Shown here one piece after another: positions 29,140-36,899 of a stretch of DNA of 43,549 nucleotides. The notes below the pieces were generated by a model. It searched no databases and was not told the origin of the DNA. It saw nothing but the letters and a program-made list of their open reading frames with translations. Each line of letters begins with the position of its first letter. The first letter of the stretch is position 1. The DNA comes from a virus (taxonomy: Duplodnaviria > Caudoviricetes): the IMG/VR virus record IMGVR_UViG_3300037424_000909, positions 1 to 43,549 of that record. The stretch is one strand, 5' to 3'. Made by a program: the position numbers and the translations under genes.

Positions 29140-29682
29140 TTACTTCGCCTTCGCCACTGTTTGCCCTTCATCGCAGGGGCACCACCCGTAATTGCGGAAG
29201 TAGTCCTGCCCATCAGGGGTTGCACCACCGCGCATTACTTGCATATATGCGAGTCGTCCGATCAATGTACCGCGCGCGGAGTAATCGTTCGCCGTACCCG
29301 CGGCGGCCTCGATGAACGCGCCATCAGGGTCGAACGCGTCATACTCAGCCTCGTCCTCGTATCCCGCGCCGGCCATCACCATGGCCTTGGTGTTCGACAA
29401 GCCCGCGGCCGATCCGGTGTTGTGCGTGACGAATACGACCTTTCCCACGAGGTCCTGTTTCGTCGCATCGGCAACGGCCATGATCTCGAGGTTGGCCTTG
29501 TATGATGTCTTGCCTTTGCCGGGATTGAAGCCTTCCTCCACCGTGAGGAACTTCACCAAGTACTCACCCACGTCGGGCATGGGGTTGCGCGGAGTCGCGG
29601 CGCTGATACCGGCGTATCGTGACTTGGCCTTGTTGGTGGGTTTGGTGGTCGCTGCTGCTTTGGGGAAATTTCCGAACGCCAT
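29140..29682 (-). CDS. Probable ssDNA-binding protein
   Basis: Between helicase and polymerase. PDVGEYLVK strand pattern resembles OB-fold phage SSBs. Mostly synteny. Confidence 0.5.
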   Translation of the reverse strand: MAFGNFPKAAATTKPTNKAKSRYAGISAATPRNPMPDVGEYLVKFLTVEEGFNPGKGKTSYKANLEIMAVADATKQDLVGKVVFVTHNTGSAAGLSNTKAMVMAGAGYEDEAEYDAFDPDGAFIEAAAGTANDYSARGTLIGRLAYMQVMRGGATPDGQDYFRNYGWCPCDEGQTVAKAK

Positions 29683-29684
29683 TG

Positions 29685-30914
29685 TTACCTATCTTCTTTC
29701 TTTTCTCTGCTTGCCCAACGGAACTGATTATGTTCCGTAACCACGGGTGACGTGATTTGCACGTCAGCCCGCAGAACCTTTTGCGTGAGGCCCATGCTTG
29801 CGCGGCCGAAGCCGGCTTCGCGCAATGCGGCCTGGAATGAGTCGTAGGTACCGCCTGACGTGGCAAATAGATCGAACACCACGGGGTTCTCTTGCCTGCT
29901 TCGGTGTTGCCGCCCGATGATTTGTTCGAGCCATTTGCCAGACTGCGGGGGAAGAAACACCGCACCGCGTGCGAAGCGTTGAAGGTTGAACCCCTTCTTG
30001 TTTGCGTTCCACGAGACGATGATCGAAAGCGTCAGGGCACTTTCGGTGTCGAACGAATACAAGGGCGTACCGAAATTGCCGACGCCCTTCGCGCCGAAAT
30101 ATTCAAGGCCAGTCGCATCGGCGAGTGCCCGCGCGAAATCCACCGAGCCGCACCATATGATGCCGGGATCAGTACTTTCTTGGAGCCACGCGATGGCCGT
30201 GCGCACGGTGGCATTGGTGAGCCACACCACGTCAATCTCAGGCTTGAATGAGGGCTTCAGTCGGATCCATTCCGCGACGATGGGGTGGTCCGCGTAGCGC
30301 GCCACGACCTGGCCCTCGGTGTCGAGGACGTGTGCGCGGTGTACACCGCGTTGCATTCGTGCCGACTCCCGCGAATTGCGGATCGCGTCTCGGCAGAACC
30401 GCGCGAACTCGCGACGAGCCCCGAGCCATTCAGGTTCGGGTGGCTCGACATATTGCCTATACAACCCGCAGCCCATGTGATTCTCGTCCTTGTATTCTTC
30501 TAGCGGCGTCGCGGGCGTGATGCCCCCAGGCGTGAGCTGGTCCTCACGAAAGATTTGGAACGCCCTATCGAGCGCTTCACATTCGAACGTTGGGCGCACG
30601 CGTATCGTGAGGGGTTGATCGCACGAATCGCCATCCACAATGATCACGCCGGGGGTTTCGTTCAGCCGACGACGATACCACGCAAGGGCCGCGGCGCGCG
30701 TCGCACCAAGAGGCCCCGGACGTGGACGCTTCGCGGGGTTGGCCGAGTTCTCATCGAGTGCCGCGGCCCACCATTGGGCCTCACTGCGGGAAAGCGGCAC
30801 GGGCGCGCCATCACCGAGGCACCACACAAGAGAGTGCCAATAGTCAAGGATCGATAGTCGCCCCGGTGTGCCGGATGCGACGCACACGGGTATGTGGTCG
30901 GGGTTGTCAATCAT
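29685..30914 (-). CDS. SF2 (SNF2-like) helicase, C-terminal part
   Basis: ASGTP (motif III), GFNLQ (motif V) and EQIIGRQHRSRQ (motif VI). Confidence 0.8.
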   Translation of the reverse strand: MIDNPDHIPVCVASGTPGRLSILDYWHSLVWCLGDGAPVPLSRSEAQWWAAALDENSANPAKRPRPGPLGATRAAALAWYRRRLNETPGVIIVDGDSCDQPLTIRVRPTFECEALDRAFQIFREDQLTPGGITPATPLEEYKDENHMGCGLYRQYVEPPEPEWLGARREFARFCRDAIRNSRESARMQRGVHRAHVLDTEGQVVARYADHPIVAEWIRLKPSFKPEIDVVWLTNATVRTAIAWLQESTDPGIIWCGSVDFARALADATGLEYFGAKGVGNFGTPLYSFDTESALTLSIIVSWNANKKGFNLQRFARGAVFLPPQSGKWLEQIIGRQHRSRQENPVVFDLFATSGGTYDSFQAALREAGFGRASMGLTQKVLRADVQITSPVVTEHNQFRWASREKKEDR

Positions 30915-31485
30915 TGATGACCGGCCTTGTCTTTATGGCCACCACAGTGTCGCGGTGTTCGTGCAAATACCGATCAATACGGGCCACCACGCTCGCATCC
31001 CAGTTCGAACACTCGTCACCCTCATCAATAAATATCGACGTCGGACGATACTCATGCAACAGGTCCGCGTAGGCATCGCGTTGCATCGCGTGTTTCGATT
31101 GCACCTTGGGCGGCCCTGGTGGCGCACGCCACTTGCCCGCATAGTATTCGAAGTCATGCCAGGTCTTGTCTACCATGTTCGCCGGCACGATCACGAGGTG
31201 CCTTTCCGACTCAAGTATGGTGGCCATAAGGTACGACACGAGGGTCTTACCGAAGCCCACGGGGAGGGCGAGCCACGCCCCGCCGTACTCAAGGATTTCA
31301 ATCAGTGACATGGCTTGCCACGGGCGGAGACACACACCCGGGTCGGTGCATGCCGGGTCACGCAGCTCGGCCGTGAGTACTTCCGCCCACCGATTCGCAC
31401 GCTCCACGATGAGGGTGCGCCGTGGTAAGGCCGCAACGCGCGCGAAATCGTGAGTCATACGGATCGATGGGCGGGGGGGAATCAT
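30907..31485 (-). CDS. SF2 (SNF2-like) helicase, N-terminal part
   Basis: LRPWQ (Q motif), LPVGFGKT (motif I), VIVPA (motif Ia) and FIDEGD (motif II). Confidence 0.8.
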   Translation of the reverse strand: MIPPRPSIRMTHDFARVAALPRRTLIVERANRWAEVLTAELRDPACTDPGVCLRPWQAMSLIEILEYGGAWLALPVGFGKTLVSYLMATILESERHLVIVPANMVDKTWHDFEYYAGKWRAPPGPPKVQSKHAMQRDAYADLLHEYRPTSIFIDEGDECSNWDASVVARIDRYLHEHRDTVVAIKTRPVIND

Positions 31486-31889
31486 GACCCGAGTGCCTCA
31501 CGAATCTTGGTTGCGAGCGCCGCCGCGGTGGCTTGCGCGGCCTCATACGCTGTCACGGCCACGGCGAATGCAGCCGTAGCCTCGTCGCATGCCTTACTCC
31601 GTTCTGCGAGCATTTCTTCGGCCTCTTGCAACACTGTATTCGCGGCCTCGATCTCACCTTGCAGTGCGAGAACCGCGGCGAGGTTCACCACGGCGGGCGC
31701 CGCGGGGACTTCGACTGCGGGGGCCTCCACGACGGCGGGCGTCGGTGGCTTCACCGCACGCGTCGCACGAGGCTTGGCCGCAGGCGGTGGAGGTGGGGGC
31801 GGTGCGTCCGTCGTTGTCGTCGCGACCGCGGGTGCCGTCGCGGCACCCGATGCGAATTGTGCCTTCATTTGCTCGATTGATAGTGCCAT
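31482..31889 (-). CDS. Putative nested in-frame 135-aa protein (MALSIEQMKAQF...)
   Basis: In-frame ATG preceded by ACGAAAGCAGGACAAC, identical to the leader of the gene at 11417. Confidence 0.5.
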   Translation of the reverse strand: MALSIEQMKAQFASGAATAPAVATTTTDAPPPPPPPAAKPRATRAVKPPTPAVVEAPAVEVPAAPAVVNLAAVLALQGEIEAANTVLQEAEEMLAERSKACDEATAAFAVAVTAYEAAQATAAALATKIREALGS

Positions 31890-32834
31890 TGGGTTGTCCT
31901 GCTTTCGTCGCGCTGTCTGTATGAGTTTTCCGAGGGACCGCCGCGCGTCGCACGGTCCCCCGCGAGTTATGTGATGCGGACAGCCGCCGTAGCGACCACA
32001 CGCATCCGGGTTCTTCACCGCGGTGTCCACGGTGATTGTGTCGAGGTGCCGCGCAATGTCGGCTTGCCCCGCGAGTACACGTAGTGCATTAGCACGCGTG
32101 ATCATGAAGTCAACCGCAATTGCGCGCCGTGACTTGCCAGTCTCAAAATACACCCATCGACATGCGATCGCGTCGATGCCGAACTTGTTCATCGCGTCGA
32201 GGGCATACGCGTTCGCCGCGACGTCCTCGCGGAGCACGCGCGGCGCCTTAGCCCATTTCGCGATTGACTTCGTGGACTTGTAGTCCACGAGTAAGTAGCC
32301 GCGCGGCGCGCCCTGCACCTCAAGGGCAGCGAGTCCGAGACGATCCCACGCAGCGGGCGACACGATCGCAAGCAAGTCTCGGAAGCCACCGAACGCCACG
32401 TCGTGCATGGTCATGACAGTGGCCACGTCATGCTCACGCAGGGGCCGCGGCAACGATGAGGGCTCATCACCAATCGCGCCTTCGGGGTCGAACCATCCGC
32501 ACTCATTGGGCGAGGGCAGGAGGTGCCTCCCAGACTCCGCGACGCGCCCAGGAAACGTACCCCACGCGGGACTCTTACAGCGATACCATGCCTCGAGGAC
32601 GGCGTGCATCGCGACACCCAGGGCGCATGATGCCTGCCCTGGAGTGCACTCGTGCGGCCCCGAGGGCTTGACATCGCGGGGCAGCACCTTGACGCGACCG
32701 GACTCGATGTCCGAGTAGTCGATGAAGGGATCACGCTCCCCTAGGATGTAGCACCGCGCCCACGCGTATTCGCACCCGTCGCGCGCGGGATCGCCGGTAG
32801 CGATACTCGAAGGGGAGTGATACGGGCGGGTCAT
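31482..32834 (-). CDS. PD-(D/E)XK (RecB/Cas4-like) exonuclease with Pro/Ala-rich coiled-coil tail
   Basis: SPSSI, GVAMHAVLE, FRDL, LVDYKS, and a C-terminal C...GGCP...C cysteine cluster. Confidence 0.8.
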   Translation of the reverse strand: MTRPYHSPSSIATGDPARDGCEYAWARCYILGERDPFIDYSDIESGRVKVLPRDVKPSGPHECTPGQASCALGVAMHAVLEAWYRCKSPAWGTFPGRVAESGRHLLPSPNECGWFDPEGAIGDEPSSLPRPLREHDVATVMTMHDVAFGGFRDLLAIVSPAAWDRLGLAALEVQGAPRGYLLVDYKSTKSIAKWAKAPRVLREDVAANAYALDAMNKFGIDAIACRWVYFETGKSRRAIAVDFMITRANALRVLAGQADIARHLDTITVDTAVKNPDACGRYGGCPHHITRGGPCDARRSLGKLIQTARRKQDNPMALSIEQMKAQFASGAATAPAVATTTTDAPPPPPPPAAKPRATRAVKPPTPAVVEAPAVEVPAAPAVVNLAAVLALQGEIEAANTVLQEAEEMLAERSKACDEATAAFAVAVTAYEAAQATAAALATKIREALGS

Positions 32835-33280
32835 GTGAGTTTCCGGTACCAGTAGCAGGCATTTCCCGCCCAAGCTATCGCAGGCCAATACGGCCGGAAC
32901 CCGCAGGCGATTAGAGACCGGCTACTAGCTGGGTTGTTCGTGAGTGTGTACGTCACCGCCCATGAGTAGCCTTCACGTTTAGCGCCACGTATTCTAGCGC
33001 GGATTAGCCGACGCTGTAAGCGCTTTCCGCGGTGCCCCTCAGCCACGCCGGCACAGTGGAAAAACACGGCGTCTCGAAAACGACGGGACGGGACGAACCC
33101 GCCGAAGGCCACGACCGACTCAGAGAAGAAGCGCTCGCTAGGCGCGGGCAGATACGTACGCTCGAAGGCAGCCCAATATGTTCCGTCCGGATCCCACGTC
33201 GACGCACCGTCTTCAGCCAAAAGCACGTCGTCGCATAGCGCCCGCACTTCTTCCGGTTCACATCGCCTGACGCGGATCAT
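32831..33280 (-). CDS. GNAT-family acetyltransferase
   Basis: AGVAEGHRGKRLQ (motif A) and NPASSRSLIACGF. Confidence 0.85.
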   Translation of the reverse strand: MIRVRRCEPEEVRALCDDVLLAEDGASTWDPDGTYWAAFERTYLPAPSERFFSESVVAFGGFVPSRRFRDAVFFHCAGVAEGHRGKRLQRRLIRARIRGAKREGYSWAVTYTLTNNPASSRSLIACGFRPYWPAIAWAGNACYWYRKLT

Positions 33281-33549
33281 GATCGCCACCACGCACGCAC
33301 CGTGCATATTGCGAGGCGCATGAAGTAGCCCAAGGAAAGCGGGGCGACGTGCACCCGGCACATAGCTGCGCTTTCCTGCGGCGTGTACCCCGCGTAGTAC
33401 GTTGCCAGCATGCGATGCTGGCCATTGATCACGCGGCCGTGGCGGTCGGTTTCTACATCGATCCGGCGAAGTCGACCAGCAAGGACCTCGATCGCTAGGC
33501 GCGTAACCTTGCGACGGTTGATTGCGCGCTGTCCAGGGTGGCGCATCAT
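33277..33549 (-). CDS. Minimal ParB/Srx-fold (DGQHR-like) protein
   Basis: QRAINRRKV and GRVINGQHRMLA. 4-nt overlaps on both sides. Confidence 0.7.
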   Translation of the reverse strand: MMRHPGQRAINRRKVTRLAIEVLAGRLRRIDVETDRHGRVINGQHRMLATYYAGYTPQESAAMCRVHVAPLSLGYFMRLAICTVRAWWRS

Positions 33550-34715
33550 AGCGAGGCCTCGCCCGCGGCATCGCCCACCCAAATCGGACTGACCGTGGTC
33601 TTGCCCCGCTTTGCGTCGAGCAGATAGAAAGTCTGCTGCGGTGGTTCCGGCGCTGCTCCTATCGACATAGCATACTCGTTGTAGCCGATCACCGAACCAT
33701 TAGCGAACCACGGGTGGTGATCGCACTGCTGGTGAAAGTGTCCGATGTGATGCAGATCCGCGCGGTGCACGCGATCCCATACCGCGACGCGCTTGTTCAC
33801 TGGAATCGTGATCCCCCCTACGCCACCTTGGTACTTGATCTCATCGCCGTGGTGAAAGTGCAAGCGTCTGCCATAGACATCGACGTACTGATGCGCCGCC
33901 GCGGACGCGTCTACGTCGACGCACTCACGCGCAAGCATCCGGGCCATACGATTATACATGCCCCATTCGTATGAGTGCTCTGCGCCCGTTGCACGCCGCG
34001 GTTTCTTCGTGTCGCGGCCGTGGTTGCCATAGCTGCAGACGACCCGCACCTTCAGCCCAGCGTCACGCAAGCGCAGGATACCGTCGATCAGCAACGGTTC
34101 GACCCATGATATCGTGGTTATGGCGGACTCGGACCGCTCGATCTGATCCTCATGCAAGTGACCGTCGATAATGTCGCCCCCGAGCCACAGTACAAGATCC
34201 TCGATGTGCCACGCGTAACGCGCATCGCCATCCCGATACGAATTGATCAGCCACTCGACACCCGCGAAGAACCGGCCCAGACGATAGCGACAGATCGCTG
34301 GGTTATATCGGTTGCCGAACGTCGCCGGCGTCAAGCGCACGTCGGCGCCAGCATGCACGTCGGACAGCATGGCGACCGCGCAAGCCTGGCGCCCGCCAGC
34401 TGAGAGCTCAATGCGCTCGATTGGCGCGAGCGGCGGTGCATAAGGCGCCGTGAGGTTCTCGACTTGGGCCTCGAGGATCTCAAGTCGCGCTAGGGACGCC
34501 TTGAGCGCCTGGCGATCGCGGCTGTCCGCGGCCACCTGCACGCGCTCAGCGCGCGCGGCCTCGAGGGGGTCGGGTGGGGGTGCGTCGGGTTGCTGCGCCA
34601 TCGTGCGTGCGCCCTCGGGATTCCGCCGCGCCTTGCGGAAGCACGACTCACATAACCCATGCGCGACATGCAGACGTTCTGGATGGCATTTGGAATAGAC
34701 GTGTTTCGCACTCAC
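33546..34715 (-). CDS. Calcineurin-like metallophosphoesterase with N-terminal Cys/His finger and coiled coil
   Basis: LSDVH, GGDIIDG, YGNHG, HHGD and GHFH motifs. N-terminal CHPERLHVAHGLCESC. Confidence 0.88.
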   Translation of the reverse strand: MSAKHVYSKCHPERLHVAHGLCESCFRKARRNPEGARTMAQQPDAPPPDPLEAARAERVQVAADSRDRQALKASLARLEILEAQVENLTAPYAPPLAPIERIELSAGGRQACAVAMLSDVHAGADVRLTPATFGNRYNPAICRYRLGRFFAGVEWLINSYRDGDARYAWHIEDLVLWLGGDIIDGHLHEDQIERSESAITTISWVEPLLIDGILRLRDAGLKVRVVCSYGNHGRDTKKPRRATGAEHSYEWGMYNRMARMLARECVDVDASAAAHQYVDVYGRRLHFHHGDEIKYQGGVGGITIPVNKRVAVWDRVHRADLHHIGHFHQQCDHHPWFANGSVIGYNEYAMSIGAAPEPPQQTFYLLDAKRGKTTVSPIWVGDAAGEASL

Positions 34716-35293
34716 TTGATCCCCAGTTCTGCTGCGCGTTGCAGCCACATGAATTCTGCAAGTTCTGTCGACCATACGCCATCGGATAACGATGTGATAT
34801 GCGGACCCGCGTACTCTAGCCACGTGTACGCGGCGCACGAATGCGGGCCGTTGCATTCGACCTCAATCAAAGATGCGGTGTTGTCGAAGCGCTTGACGTC
34901 GGCCATTGGAATGCCGAAGCGAATCGAGATGGCGCCCTGGATGCGGCGCGCGATTGCGTCGAAGGAGGACACCCAATCTACCGTGGGGTGCTCGTCGCCC
35001 GCTGCCTCGATGCGCATGGCCTCCTTCATAGGCGAGGGCACGTCGTTAGTATATGCTTCCTCTGCATCATGTAGCAGCGCCCAAGCCTGTATGGTGCGCG
35101 GCTCTCCCGCGATGCGAGCGAGTTCAGCGACCACAACGCAATGTTGCGCCACGGTGTACGCGTTATCGCCGTGGCCCGTGAAGCGCGTTATGCGCGCCAG
35201 GGCATGTGCGATATCGAACATGTCGATATCCTCGGGGGACGGAGTGAGCAGGTCAATCATGTGACCCCGGTATGTGAGCTTTTTAGTGTTCAC
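34712..35293 (-). CDS. HD-domain phosphohydrolase (YfbR/YfdR-like 5'-deoxynucleotidase family)
   Basis: DIAHALARITRFTGH, YTVAQH and LLHDAEEAY.ND.PSP.K. Confidence 0.88.
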   Translation of the reverse strand: MNTKKLTYRGHMIDLLTPSPEDIDMFDIAHALARITRFTGHGDNAYTVAQHCVVVAELARIAGEPRTIQAWALLHDAEEAYTNDVPSPMKEAMRIEAAGDEHPTVDWVSSFDAIARRIQGAISIRFGIPMADVKRFDNTASLIEVECNGPHSCAAYTWLEYAGPHITSLSDGVWSTELAEFMWLQRAAELGIK

Positions 35294-35556
35294 GACGCGC
35301 GTTCCTTTCGCATGTAGTAGAGTGCTAGCACGATCCATATCGTGTTGGCCGCGACGACGAGCAGGCCACCAAAGAAGGACCACAGCTGGTGCAGGCTGGG
35401 ATAGTAATAGAGATTCCAGTAGCCCCAGAGCATTGGCCAGAATATCGACCAGAAGCTTACGCCACGCACTGTCTTATGCTGCCAGAGTCGGTAGACGCTC
35501 AGGCAGAGAAATAGTCCCATGACGCCTTCGAAGATGCCGTTGATTGTGTCGTTCAT
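35290..35556 (-). CDS. 3-TM PQ-loop/SemiSWEET-like membrane protein
   Basis: 88 aa with three hydrophobic segments. KTVRGVS follows TM1 and there is an Asn in TM3. Confidence 0.6.
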   Translation of the reverse strand: MNDTINGIFEGVMGLFLCLSVYRLWQHKTVRGVSFWSIFWPMLWGYWNLYYYPSLHQLWSFFGGLLVVAANTIWIVLALYYMRKERAS

Positions 35557-35966
35557 TTTACCCCCACGTCCCCCTGCACAACACGCAGCGAACACGCCTT
35601 ATCGCCGTCCAAAGCCTCCCAATATCCGACACCCTGGCACCAAATAATCTCGGCCAGGTTGGCAATATCCGCCAGATGCTCGCGATTCGGAGATTCAATA
35701 AATGCTTCAGCGCGCTTTATGATCGATCGCATCACCGCTTCAACATCCGCGGAGTAGCCCACCTTGCCGTAGCGTATGTGGCCCATGCGCAGCCGAGCAT
35801 TGCGCACCTCGTCGAAGTGTGGGTCACGCTTGCACCGCACGGCCTCCTCGACCTCAGCCATGTCAATCGTTACGAGGCCCGCTTGCAGCTCTAGGCTGCG
35901 CCGGATCCAATCATTTACCCGCGCCTCGTACAGCGGCGGGACTAGAGGGCGAAAGCTCATGGCCAT
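35553..35966 (-). CDS. MazG-like / dATP-dGTP diphosphohydrolase-like all-alpha protein
   Basis: RLRMGHIRYG and NREHLADIANLA resemble all-alpha NTP pyrophosphatases. AGGAG SD. Confidence 0.5.
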   Translation of the reverse strand: MAMSFRPLVPPLYEARVNDWIRRSLELQAGLVTIDMAEVEEAVRCKRDPHFDEVRNARLRMGHIRYGKVGYSADVEAVMRSIIKRAEAFIESPNREHLADIANLAEIIWCQGVGYWEALDGDKACSLRVVQGDVGVK

Positions 35967-36655
35967 TCAACTCCTTCTTTTTTCGCGGCGGTGCGCAAGG
36001 TTCGCAACGCACGCCGCTCGATCTGTTCCGCACGTTGACGCGACACACCTAGGTTTGCACCAATCTGCTGGAATGTCAGCTCACGCTTATCGAAGTACCT
36101 CCACGTAATCACGCGCGCCTCTTGCGTCGTCAATAGGCTCATGGCCCGCGCGATCCACACCGCAATTTCGGTCCCCCGCGCCGCGGCTTCGGGGCCCTCT
36201 GCGCCTTCATCCTCCTGGCGCTCAAAATCCCACCCCTGCGAAAATACGACTGCAAAGTCCTCGATTATCCGCTCCGCCGTCGTGAGGGGTATACCTAATA
36301 CATCCGCCATGCACGCCGCCCACATATCTCGGGGTTGCTGTCGCATGATCGCACGGATGCGAAAAAAGCGGTTCGGTTTCCACCCGCCGGAGGTCGTGGT
36401 ATGCCAAGGGCAGAGCTCCCGGACCACCGTCGCGAGGATCTCGCGGAGAATGAAGTACGCCGCGTATGTCGTGAACTGAAACCCACGATCCCGATCAAAC
36501 TTGCGCGCGGCGATCACGAGGCCGAGATTGCCCGATGCGACCAACTCGTCGTACTCTACAGGATAGTCGCGATACCGACTGACGAGAGAGGAAACAAATC
36601 GCAAGTTCGCACGCACAAGGGCGTCAACACGGGGGTCAGATTTGGGCTGGGTCAT
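35957..36655 (-). CDS. Phage-encoded sigma70-family factor, RpoH (sigma32)-like
   Basis: Region 2 LVRANLRFV...ELVASGNLGL..AARKFD.DRGFQFTTYA. TTT...NRFFRIR resembles the RpoH box. Region 4 TFQQIGANLGVSRQRAEQIERRALRTLR. GGAG SD before ATG 36655 (alternative start 36679). Confidence 0.92.
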   Translation of the reverse strand: MTQPKSDPRVDALVRANLRFVSSLVSRYRDYPVEYDELVASGNLGLVIAARKFDRDRGFQFTTYAAYFILREILATVVRELCPWHTTTSGGWKPNRFFRIRAIMRQQPRDMWAACMADVLGIPLTTAERIIEDFAVVFSQGWDFERQEDEGAEGPEAAARGTEIAVWIARAMSLLTTQEARVITWRYFDKRELTFQQIGANLGVSRQRAEQIERRALRTLRTAAKKEGVEWP

Positions 36656-36675
36656 GGCGCTCCAACATTTTCGAA

Positions 36676-36822
36676 TCATTCCATTTTGGCACTGTCTACA
36701 TCCTTCCTCGCGGGTATCTCCCGTAATGTTATCCGCTCATCCGATGGGTCCTCATCCCACCATGATGCGTCATATTCGACGATCTTGGCCTGCTTGAGCA
36801 GCACATCAGGATCCAGGGGCAC
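36676..36822 (-). CDS. Small acidic protein, first gene of the leftward operon (likely leaderless GTG start)
   Basis: In-frame GTG at 36822, 16 nt from the start of GGGCCACATAC. Confidence 0.5.
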   Translation of the reverse strand: MPLDPDVLLKQAKIVEYDASWWDEDPSDERITLREIPARKDVDSAKME

Positions 36823-36827
36823 CCGTC

Positions 36828-36858
36828 GTATGTGGCCCGGATTGCGAGGGCGCGCAAG
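36828..36858 (-). promoter_or_regulatory. Leftward promoter CTTGCGC-N13-GGGCCACATAC
   Basis: Same spacing and -10 block as the copies at 36864(+) and 42157(-). Confidence 0.7.
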
Positions 36859-36863
36859 AACTA

Positions 36864-36894
36864 TTTGACGGCGCCCCATTTTTGGGCCACATAC
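36864..36894 (+). promoter_or_regulatory. Rightward promoter TTTGACG-N13-GGGCCACATAC
   Basis: Repeat of the same motif. The primase GTG at 36900 is at the same 16-nt offset. Confidence 0.7.
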
Positions 36895-36899
36895 CCTGC

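Noticed and set aside
31482-32834. Cas4 as part of a CRISPR system
   Set aside because: It is a stand-alone phage PD-(D/E)XK nuclease in a replication operon, with no array or cas1.
27111-35966. 2-aminoadenine (Z) genome system suggested by PolA, HD and MazG-like genes
   Set aside because: No PurZ/adenylosuccinate synthetase-like ORF is present in the window.
36823-36899. ORF-track starts at 36879 (-) and 36882 (+)
   Set aside because: They would leave no room for promoters. The extensions coincide with the two promoter motifs, so the GTG starts are preferred.
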